Source: Macrostomum lignano (taxonomy: Eukaryota). From it: a stretch of 64,000 nucleotides of DNA. Below are positions 1-9,365 of this stretch, in pieces. Below the pieces are notes generated by a model, which had not been told where the DNA came from, searched no databases, and saw only the letters and a program-made list of their open reading frames with translations. The first letter of the stretch is position 1. The number at the start of each line of letters is the position of its first letter. The DNA is taken from positions 537,297 to 601,296 of the forward strand of contig NIVC01000168.1 in the NCBI GenBank assembly GCA_002269645.1. Direction: 5' to 3'. The position numbers and the translations under genes were made by a program.

Positions 1-128
1 GATTAAAGTCCTGAGGGAGGGGTGGAACTGAGGGGGCGGATTCATGTACTGAGAGAAGGACGAATTCAAGTACCGAGGTAATGTCAAATTTATAACTAGA
101 GGTCTAAGAAGTACTGAATCACACAAAC

Positions 129-675
129 CGGTAAAGATGGGCGCGAACTCCCAGCAGGTGGCCGGGCCCTCGCTGGTGAACTGTCCCAGGCTGAGGTCCA
201 GCAGGAACACTGGAACACCGCAAAGCAGCAAAAAGATGATATAGGGAACAAAAAACGCGCCACCGCCGTTGATGAAGCAGAGGTAGGGAAAGCGCCAGAC
301 GTTGCCAAGGCCGACCGCATAGCCCAGGCAGCTGAGCAGGAAGTCCAGCCGACCAGACCAGTTGCCTCTCTCTGGGTTCTCATCCACGCTGTAGTTGACC
401 GGAGCTTCGCCGGCGCTAGCAGCCGCAGTAAAGTTGCCGAGGCCCTGCAGCGGCTCCTTCGGGGCCAGCTGCGCTCGAAGCTCTCGAATCTGGCGATCTC
501 TCATCTGCGTGGGCGTCTCTCGGTGAACGCTGCTGCTGCTGCCATCCACGGAATCCTTGGAGGCAGCCGTGGCAAACACTTGCCGGCCACCGCTGCTGGT
601 CGCACTGTAGCGCCGGCTGGAGCGCCGCCGCCGCTGCTGCTGGCCATGCGGGCGCTGATGTTGTTGCTGTTGTTG
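129..675 (-). CDS. SLC6 sodium:neurotransmitter/amino-acid symporter, exon 2 (N-terminus to TM2); gene continues beyond left edge
   Basis: Manual translation: ...DENPERGNWSGRLDFLLSCLGYAVGLGNVWRFPYLCFINGGGAFFVPYIIFLLLCGVPVFLLDLSLGQFTSEGPATCWEFAPIFTG. This contains the SLC6 signature (GxGNVWRFPY, NGGGAF). Acceptor CTTTCTCAACTTTAG|CAA at 675, phase-1 donor ACCG|GTTTGT at 129. RGNWSGRLDFLLSCLGYAVG resembles the glycine/proline (SLC6A5/7/9-like) subgroup. Confidence 0.93.
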
Positions 676-764
676 CTAAAGTTGAGAAAGGTGGGAATCG
701 AATTATTTTTTCTGCTGTGGACACCTGGCACTGAATAACTGACCTTGACCCCAGACTGCAAGGC

Positions 765-1045
765 TCAGGACATGAGACATGGGAAAGCTGAAGAACACGT
801 GAAGAACACAAGACATAAGGCGCAATGGACAGGACATTGGATACAGGGAACGGGGCATAGGACTCTGAGCACAAGACAAAAGACACGAGACACAGGGGAT
901 AGGACATGAGACACAGGGGGCACTGGACACAGGACTAGACGCATTATGAGACACGTGAAATTGGACTTGGCTAGGAGTCATGGACGGAGTTATAGGACCC
1001 CCATAGAGCATAGGACACGAGACGCACGCATGCAAACAGGAAACA
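765..1045. repeat. Degenerate GACA/GAGAC-rich low-complexity tract in SLC6 intron
   Basis: Recurring gacacagg/gagacat/gacatag motifs. Confidence 0.6.
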
Positions 1046-1180
1046 CAAGAAATAAAAGCAGTGCAGATTGAAAAAATACTTAAACTACAGTCATGGCCTG
1101 CTCGAATATGTAAAAAAGATGTGTGCGCTGTTTAAGGAGAATCTCAGCGGTTACCGAAAATCGACTCTCCTAAAAGTCAC

Positions 1181-1270
1181 CTCAAAGTCGAAATTTCTGT
1201 ACCGAGCGGCCCTGGCCAGAGGGGCCAGCAGCTGCCTCAGTTTGCTGCTCTTGGGCTGGTGCTCCGTCAT
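1181..1270 (-). CDS. SLC6 transporter, probable first coding exon
   Basis: ATG at 1270, MTEHQPKSSKLRQLLAPLARAARYRNFDFE, phase-0 donor GAG|GTGACT matching the phase-0 acceptor of exon 2. Confidence 0.55.
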
Positions 1271-2592
1271 GCCGATGAGTTCCTATCGCCCCTTAGCAAC
1301 TTAGTTTCGAAATCAGCTCACTGAATAAACATGCTTTGCCTGCTTCAAGGAGAAACTAACTGGCGGATTCCTGAGGAATTCAGTCTCCTGATCTGAAATT
1401 TCAAACCCATCCCATAGCAGCTAGACTACTGTACTTTATTGATTCCCCAGCCAGGTGAAGGAAGGGTTGAGCAGGGAGCTAAAGAAGAGAGCTGAAAACT
1501 CCTGCGCCTCTCCGCCAACAGCAGGACCGTACACTGTACAGGACGCCAAGCAGGACAAACCCACCACCTCTGCCGCATTTCCTTTACTTTTCTGTCCAAC
1601 AGTGTACAGAGCCGCTAGATTCTCTGACCTGCACAGTGGATGAATGCCTGGGAAGCGGCTGACTCACTCGCCGCTGCGCGAAATCTATTGTACTTGAGCT
1701 ACTGGTTGGCTAGTTGCTATAATGGGCGGTGTGCCTTTGAAATACACAAGAGAAAGCACAATAGTGAATGCTCTTTATTTCATAGGCTAGATTAATCTGC
1801 AAAAGCACCGTTAACAGCAGTTGTTGGACTTCAAGCATGCAAAGCATGCCTAGAGATGTTCATGGACTAAAAGCATTCCAGCCATATCGTGGCAGTTTTA
1901 CACATTTCAAGGGCCTGTCTAGTTAATTAAAGGCAGGTAAAACCACAGCGTGAAAATGAGCTGTTCCCTTCTTCTTTAATCCTAAAGCTAATGGCGTAAA
2001 GCCTTATTCTTCAGCTAAATTTAGTAAATTCGATGAACACAGCACTCACCAAGTCTGAGAATCCGTCTTGCTGCCTGGAAAATCTCGCCAAGAGGCTGCG
2101 CAGTTTCTGCATTCGTTTGTCGCAAAACTCGCATGCAAACTATATTACTCAGAGCGGTTTTGAGTTGCACTGCGCTGCGCCCAGCGAGCCACCCCTGCTG
2201 ATGCTTATGTATACACCGTGAGAATATGAATTCAAATAAGCTGGCTCAGAAACTTTTTGTGCATTGTACAGGGCCTCGAGCACGCTTACAAGACCGGCTT
2301 GAGTTAATTGGGCCACTGCACTGCGCAACAAGTACTCGTGACTGAAAATCGTTTAAACCTCTGACTTCATCTCTCTGTTTTGTGCGAGTATATGCAAATT
2401 GATTGAGCCAATTAGTCAGATTTGTAAAAAGTTGATTCTCATTCCACTTGAGACTACTTATTTTCTGTTTTGAAAAGTAGTACAGCAGGGTTAGAGACAA
2501 GCAACAATTATTTCATAACTAAGGCTTCATAAGAATGGTTCACGAGTAAACCAACTGCCGAGGCTGTCTAGTGCGAACGGCTTAGCGATCTG

Positions 2593-3119
2593 GGGGGTCT
2601 TTCTCGAAAGCAACTTACGATCGACCATAGACGTAAGTTGGGTAAGCTACACTTACGGGTTGCTCGAAGGGCTCGCAAGTTAGCTATGCGTAAGATTGAT
2701 CGCAACTTTACGAGTTCGTAACTTTGCGAAAGACTGTTTTTCGAAACGTTCGTATGTCTATGGTCTTTCGTAGGGTTGATCTTAACCCTACGACTGCTCG
2801 GTATCAGTCGTAAGACGCACTTAAGTACTAATCGCATGATAAATCGAGTGAAGCTTTAGTCAAGCCAAGTCAAGTTAAAATATCGAAGGTGGGTCTTTCT
2901 CTAAAGCAACTTACGATAGACTAAGTAAAGATATTTGCAGATTTATGACCATAGACATGCAACTTTTCGTTTCAGATACGACTTACGAACAGCGTAAGCC
3001 ACGCAAAGTCTAAGTGAGTTTTGAAAAAGCGTCTTACGAGCAAACTTACGCTACACGTAAATTTCTTTCTTACGATGTAACTTACCATAAAACTTACGTG
3101 AGTTTCGAGAAACACCCCC
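2593..3119. mobile_element. Non-autonomous DNA transposon (PIF/Harbinger-like MITE)
   Basis: 17-bp TIR GGGGGT(C/G)TTTCTCGAAA with 1 mismatch, 3-bp TSD CTG (2590-2592 / 3120-3122), many internal CTTACG/CGTAAG motifs, and a second copy of the left end at about 2889. Confidence 0.7.
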
Positions 3120-3339
3120 CTGGGGTTGGTGCAGTCAGCTAAATGGGCTGCGTCAGTTTGCATTGCACCAATCCCATATGCGCTCATAGACGACCGCCAC
3201 ATCCTTGAATGTATCCCCCACTTGCCCCGGGCGAACGTCTATGGTCTGAGTGTAAATTTCATTTACTTGCATCGGTGCAGATAAACGGTTTATTTCACTC
3301 GCCCAAAAACAATATTAAAACGCTGCTTCTAACTGCTCA

Positions 3340-3793
3340 CTTGGCTACATAGAGAGAATTGTCTGAAACAGCTAATTCACCAAGCCACCAAGCCACCTTG
3401 ATTGCATTTGCATTGCATAAGCCAGCACCCTTACCTTCAGCGGTCGACAGCTTCATAGAGCCGGCGATGTACAAAACGCATTTGATATTGTATGGACGAA
3501 AAACAGTCCTTCAGAGTGCTAGCAGAGTAGCGTTCATTGCGCTTTGTACGCACCTCCAGAATGAAACTTTTAAGGAGGTAATTTAGATCACTCTTCGACA
3601 GTTCGCTGATCTCCTTCAAAACCATTAGCGAGGATCCACCTCCAGTGCACCAGGCCGCTTTCTTCGCTTCGTGACATTCTTTAAACGTTGTAAACATCCA
3701 GCGACATTTTTTTAATGTATTTGGTGGAACCGTGCCTACGATTAGTCCTTCTAGTTCGTCTTCAGTCAGATTCACAAATCTATCACTAGCCAT
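3340..3793 (-). pseudogene. Crypton-type tyrosine recombinase (DUF3504/ZMYM/KCTD1-like) N-terminal relic
   Basis: ORF 3437-3793 (RFVNLTEDELEGLI..VPPNTLKKCRWMFTTF..LNYLLKSFILEVRTKRNERYSASTL..SIQYQM) matches from memory the Crypton core-binding region. A shifted frame continues SMKLSTAEGKGAGLCKANAI (cf. MKxLxxxGxG...KAxPI). No catalytic domain is seen. Confidence 0.65.
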
Positions 3794-3894
3794 CGCAGTT
3801 GATTTTTTTCAAAACTAAGCAAAACCTTTTTCTCTGCATGTATATGTAAAGAAACTCTTTCCTTCTTGTCCTTCTCTGAGTAACAGCACATTTT

Positions 3895-4087
3895 GGGCCG
3901 TATGCAGAAAGCTCTGTCTAGGGTAGTCCGGTCTTGAAAAGCTAGTCTAGACTTGGATTTGGTATGCAGAAACACAAAGTTAGACCAGTCTACTATAGCA
4001 GAACTAGGCTAGCTAGACCATAGACAATAGACTGAACTACCCAAGTCCGGACTAGCTAGTCTGGACTAGGCTTTCTGCATACGGCCC
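3895..4087. mobile_element. 193-bp MITE, single copy
   Basis: Perfect 18-bp TIR GGGCCGTATGCAGAAAGC / GCTTTCTGCATACGGCCC, flanked by TTT/TTT (3-bp TSD). Confidence 0.8.
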
Positions 4088-4228
4088 TTTGTGGTCATAG
4101 ACAAAAACAGCATTCACCGCATGCAAGGAATTCTAAATCCTTAAAGGATATAGAATTCCTTGACCGCATGTCTGAATCTGCAGAATATGGTATAGAAATT
4201 CTGCTACAGACCATGGACATCAAATCTA

Positions 4229-4594
4229 GGGGGGCCGTAGCCCAGCGGTAGCGCAGCTGCTCTGGTGTGCCGCGACCCAGGCTCGATTCCAAGTGCAGCC
4301 ACATTAATTTGGGGCTGGATTGGAATCTTGGCTTGGCTCGCTTGTGCAATTAACGGCCTTGAGAGCCAACCCCCCCCCCCAAGGCGCAGTGAAGTGTACA
4401 TGCCTAACAATTGATAAAAGTTAGGGCCGCTGTACACTCCTGTGTGAGTGTGTGCCTGCGTAACGTATCCGCGCGCTTGTATGCCTGCTCAGGGGAGTCG
4501 GCGGAATGGGCAGCAATGCCTCTCGCCGGTTGTGTGCCAATGACGCTTAAATTGCGCCAGGGTGCACACAACCCCCCCCCCTGCCTCTAAAAAA
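4229..4594 (+). mobile_element. tRNA-derived SINE, copy 1
   Basis: Head with A-box TAGCCCAGCGG and B-box-like GGCTCGATTCC, A-rich tail, TSD ATGGACATC(A/T)AATC (4213-4226 / 4595-4608). Confidence 0.8.
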
Positions 4595-5174
4595 ATGGAC
4601 ATCTAATCATTTTTTAAAAATTGTCTTAACGTTCTTAAATTTGGGGGCTCTGCCCCCACACCCCCGCAAGGGGGCTAAGCGCCCCTTGACCCCGCTTTCC
4701 CTGTTACGCTGCTTCTACTTTTTTGTGTTTCTCTTCGGATGTCGGCTCTCATTAAATTCCCCATCCTTCCAGAGGCTCCATGTCTTTCCGCATTGTTTGA
4801 ACAAGTAGTATTGCAGCATGCTGAAATTAATCCTTGAACGTAGAAGCGCCATAGCGATCACCACGTTAATTTCGGATCTCTAAGATAAAACACTTAGAAC
4901 GTAGTTAAGATCGCGCTTGATCAAACTCGGATAGTCGGTTGCGGGTGCCAATGGCAAGTCACTTAAGACAGCTTCGACTTCAACAAGACTAACTGATTAA
5001 AAGCAAATAGCTCGAAAATGTCACATAAAAGGTTTAGTAGAGATGGAGACAACTACTCACTCTTAAATACCCAACACAGTCGTTTTTGTAAACGGCATCA
5101 AATCAACATTTTTCTATGGTTAAAATGTACAAAGTTACATTGAATATGGCCAAGCGGGGAATACAAGTAAATAT

Positions 5175-5310
5175 GTTATTTCCGTTTATTTTAGTCTATG
5201 GTCTGAAGCAAAAGCTTCTGACTCGCATCCAGGCCTTGGGCTCGCCTCGGCCATGAAACAAGACCTCTGCTTTTGCTTCAGGCCAAAGAAATAAATAAAC
5301 GGAAATTAAC
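5175..5310. repeat. Palindromic element (short MITE-like)
   Basis: GGTCTGAAGCAAAAGC / GCTTTTGCTTCAGGCC inner arms plus outer GTTATTTCCGTTTATTT / AAATAAACGGAAATTAAC arms. Confidence 0.6.
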
Positions 5311-7310
5311 TTTAATTAAATGCCTTGAGAATTAGAGTGAGCTCCACGCGTCGAGGATTGCTCAAGTCAATATACAGTTGGTTCAGACGGTCAGAGGTCA
5401 CCAAGAGAGAAGAATGACGCACTGTTCAGCATGTTGGGAATTCCATTGTCGATTGACCCCTAATAGTACTTCGTAGATAAGACATTTGTACACCAGACGG
5501 TAAATTTGGGTCATCTTTTGGTTCCTATCTTTTCAATTTCACATTGCGGGGTCAGAGGAGGGCGTAGCCCTCATATTTTATGAGCTAAATCAATTACTGT
5601 TTTTAGTTTACAGATTCTTTATCACGTAAGTTATCTGCGCCACATGAGTTTGCTTTAATTGTATAAATAAATTATAAATTGATTATGATCTGCTCTTATC
5701 TCTCTAATCTCGCAATTGGAGTTATAATAATCAACCATGTTGATACAATGTTGGAGACCTCCTGAGTGGGGATTTCGCAGTTCCTCCTTTCATTTTTCTA
5801 ACATTTCGCTGTATAATGTTAATTGCCGTATACTCCTTATTGAAACTTGAGCCTTGCAGTTTTTACATGACCAATATGGAACATCACAGTCACAGTATAT
5901 CACCCTTTTATCCTCTCTCTCAACAGTATATCACCCTTCTATCCTCTCTCCCGAGTATATCACCTTTCTATCTCCCTCTTTCACCAGAAATTATGGGGCG
6001 TGAACTTTTTGGTTGCTTGTGCAACCCAGCAGCATCGCCGTGAACCTCATGGGAAATTTCAGTTACTTTAATCGTTAAAAAACTTTCTGTGCACGACTGA
6101 CTGCCATTGAAAGCTTCACGTGAAGGCAACAAAAGAAGATGCTGGAGCAAAGATCGAGAAGCCATATGCGCATGCAAAACGCCAAAAAGGTAGGAAAAAT
6201 TCATTTGAAATTCCCAATTAGCTGCGCCCTCCATTCGCTTGGATGGTTGGAACAGCCTTGCCTCTTGTACCCAAATATTGAGGAATCGGTGCCCAGAGGG
6301 GAAACAGACGGGCCGGAAGGTCATTCACAAGATCTGGCAACTGCATTTTTTGCAATCAGAGGCGCCAAAAGTCAGAAAGCAACAGCCGACAGCGTCTTCA
6401 AGTCGCTGGCAGCTTCCCAACAAAATAGGGAAATTTTCCCACTTGGTTTCCAACAAACAGAAATGGATTCCCTATCCGAACGCCTGTCTGATAAACTTCT
6501 GCTGCTCCCTCACGTCTCTGCTTCCTTCGGTTCGAGCCCAACTGGCTTGGAAATGAAAACCGGGTTGGTTTGCTGACTCCGATTTCTCGTTCCGGCATCG
6601 CGCCCATTGAATTCCCAGAAGAGGATAAAGATGGCAGATTGTCAAATCTCTCCCCCGGCCTCCGAAAGAACTTGGCAGAAATTGGAGAAGCGAAGCGGAT
6701 AAGCCTAATGGCTGAGTGACAGCCACCCTGATTGGCAAATGGCGGCCTTGTTGGAAATGCCAGATCCCGTTTACTATCGGGTTAAGCACCCGTCTGGCAG
6801 ACTGGCAGAGCTCGCATGCTGGCTTACTAAATACCAACTGAACCAGCAACCGATGGGAAGCCCGTGCCCGGACCCATCTGGCTCGGATTCCATTCTGTCT
6901 CCATCTATAACTGGCTAGATTAGCAATCCATTTCAGTCCCTAATTTGTAGGCTACGGCAGCAGGTTGTGCTCCTTCATTCAGTGGCCGCATTTAGGATCA
7001 ATATTGCGCATTGTTTTATTTTATTGGCCCCTAATTTTTATTGCTTATAGCTGCCATCGCATTCTGATATTACTCGTAATCCGGCGTGGTTAACTTCCCA
7101 GCTCCCCAATGGGAAGGGCAAGCCGAGTCCAAATGTCACGAAATTAGATTTCAGAAAAATGGCCGAATCAACCCAATGTTCCCCTTGGCAACTAAACTGT
7201 GTGTCCAACACTCGGACAGACAGACAGGTCCCTGGGGTGCCAATTTTTGAGCAGTTGCAATTCCATGGAATAGATTTAGCAAACTTAAAACTGTAGGTTT
7301 GATACCGTGC

Positions 7311-7366
7311 GTGACCGAGCTGCAGATGAGCTGCAGATGAGCTGCAGATGAGCTGCAGATGAGCAT
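7311..7366. repeat. 11-bp tandem repeat (GAGCTGCAGAT), about 4 copies
   Basis: Direct reading. Confidence 0.8.
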
Positions 7367-7713
7367 GCATTGAGGTGCCGGTTACTATCCAATTTGCTTT
7401 TTCTGCAACAATTTTTTCAGAAAAAAATTGCATCTCGGCACCTAGGTGTGAAGAGCGTGTGGGAGAAATTTTTGTTGCAGTTTTTTCTCGCGGCAGTTTC
7501 TGCCACGACAACCGGAAACCGTGAAAATTGTGGAATCCCTCGGGATTTCCGGTTTCGAATGACATCCCAGCCTGAAAAAACTCGCGGCAGACTGCAGATG
7601 CGCCAGCGATTCAATTTATGGATGGCTGCATTATTGATGCCTGCTCAAAATTGCTGGTCGAGTGCAGCGCTGCATGGTGTGACGGCATGGCAACTCGAAC
7701 TGCGCTGCTCTGC

Positions 7714-8071
7714 TTTTTTTATTAGAGGCAGGGGGGTTGTGTGCACCCTGGCGCAATTTAAGCGTCATAGGCACACAACCGGCGAGAGGCATTACTGCCC
7801 ATTCCGCCGACTCCCCTGAGCAGGCATACAAGCGCGCGGATACGTACGCAGGCACACACTCACACAGGAGTGTGCAGCGGCCTAACTTTATCAATTGTTA
7901 GGCATGTACACTTCACTGCGCCTTGGGGGGTTGGCCCTCAAGGCCGTTAATTGCACAAGCGAGCAAAGCCAAGATTCCAATCCAGCCCCAAATGAATGTG
8001 GCTGCACTTGGAATCGAGCCTGGGTCGCGGCACACCAGAGCAGCTGCGCTACCGCTGGGCTACGGCCCCCC
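7714..8071 (-). mobile_element. tRNA-derived SINE, copy 2 (inverted relative to copy 1)
   Basis: Near-identical reverse complement of 4229-4594, TSD CGCTGCTCTGC(TTTTT) at 7703-7713 and 8072-8082. Confidence 0.82.
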
Positions 8072-8609
8072 CGCTGCTCTGCTTTTTACACGGCAATGAG
8101 TAGCATTTTTGAATAAAGTAATTCTTTGAGGATTAAACAATACTTGCTCATCAAACTGTTTCGAGATACTTCAGTAATAAAGGTGTGCCCAGCAACACAG
8201 ATGCCGCAGTCTTAGTATAGTAAAAGCAAGTAGAATAGGTAAAAATTTGTTTTTAATGGGTAAAGCAGTTTTTTTAACTTTCATCGCTTCATCGCAGTGC
8301 AAAAATGATAAACAAAAAGTGCAAATAGGCGGTCCGTTCAAAAGACAAAAGCAGATATTAGAAATAAACTTGAGAAAGAGGCATGACGTGTCGGAGCAAA
8401 AATATTCTCCAAGGCTGCGTTCGAAGAGCTTGAACCAAGTCTAGATTAGCATTGAGCGCCAATGCTTTCTAGCGAACCCAAACGGCTGATGAGTGACTGG
8501 CATTGCGCTTCTGCCCTACCACCTAGAAAATACCACCTAGATTAGGCTGCGACGCTTCAATTCTTAAGCGTCTGCATTTTTCAGCAGTAAACCGCGCGCC
8601 CGACACAAT

Positions 8610-9116
8610 GGGCCGTATGCAGAAAGCCTAGTCCAGACTAGCTAGTCCGGACTGGGTAGTTCAGTCTATGATCTATGGTCTAGCTACCCTATACTTCTGT
8701 CTATAGTAGACGGGTCTGACTTTGTGTTTCTGCATACCAAATCCAAGTCTGGACTGGCTTTTCAAGACCGGACTACCCTAGACAGAGCTTTCTGCATCCA
8801 AGCTCTGTAATCTGCATCCACAGAAAGCTCTGTCTAGGGTAGTCCGGTCTTGAAAAGCTAGTCTAGACTTGGATTTGGTATGCAGAAGCACAAAGTCAGA
8901 CCCGTCTACTACAGCAGAACTAGGCTAGCTAGACCATAGACTATAGACTGAACTACCCAAGTCCGGACTAGCTAGTCTGGACCAGGCTTTCTGCATACGG
9001 CCCTAAGTTAGATCGGTCTACTATAGACAGAACTAAGGTAGCTAGACCATAGACTATAGACTGAACTATCCAAGCCCGGACTAGCTAGTCTGGACTAGGC
9101 TTTATACATACGGCCC
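8610..9116. mobile_element. Compound array of the 193-bp MITE (inverted unit + forward unit + partial forward unit)
   Basis: Same TIR as 3895-4087 at both outer ends, AAT/AAT TSD (8607-8609 / 9117-9119), internal units in opposite orientation. Confidence 0.75.
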
Positions 9117-9365
9117 AATGTCTCTGGCATTTCACTTGCTGGCGCGCGAATTCTAAATGGCCTGTCCCGAATCCCCCACCGCTGAGCGCTCTGTTGCTGA
9201 AGAACAAAATGCATGAAACAAAAAACTTAGTGCTCTTCCACAAAAAGTCATTTGTTTTCGTGTCTGACAAGCGCTTAAGCAATTTTTGAATTCACATGTA
9301 TATTCTAGCGGTGCAGGTTCTCATGTTTGTCCTAAACGGAGGGCAGTGTGCGCAGAGAACACACG

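Noticed and set aside
6139-6900. Moderately GC-rich ORFs (145 aa and neighbours)
   Set aside because: No recognisable motifs or consistent splice chain; left unannotated.
8420-8480. CTGATGAG motif as a hammerhead ribozyme core
   Set aside because: No stem II followed by GAAA and no cleavage-site helix.
3895-9116. Nested symmetry MITE>SINE> ... <SINE<MITE suggesting one large composite transposon
   Set aside because: Each element has its own TSD and the spacers are unrelated, so these are independent insertions.
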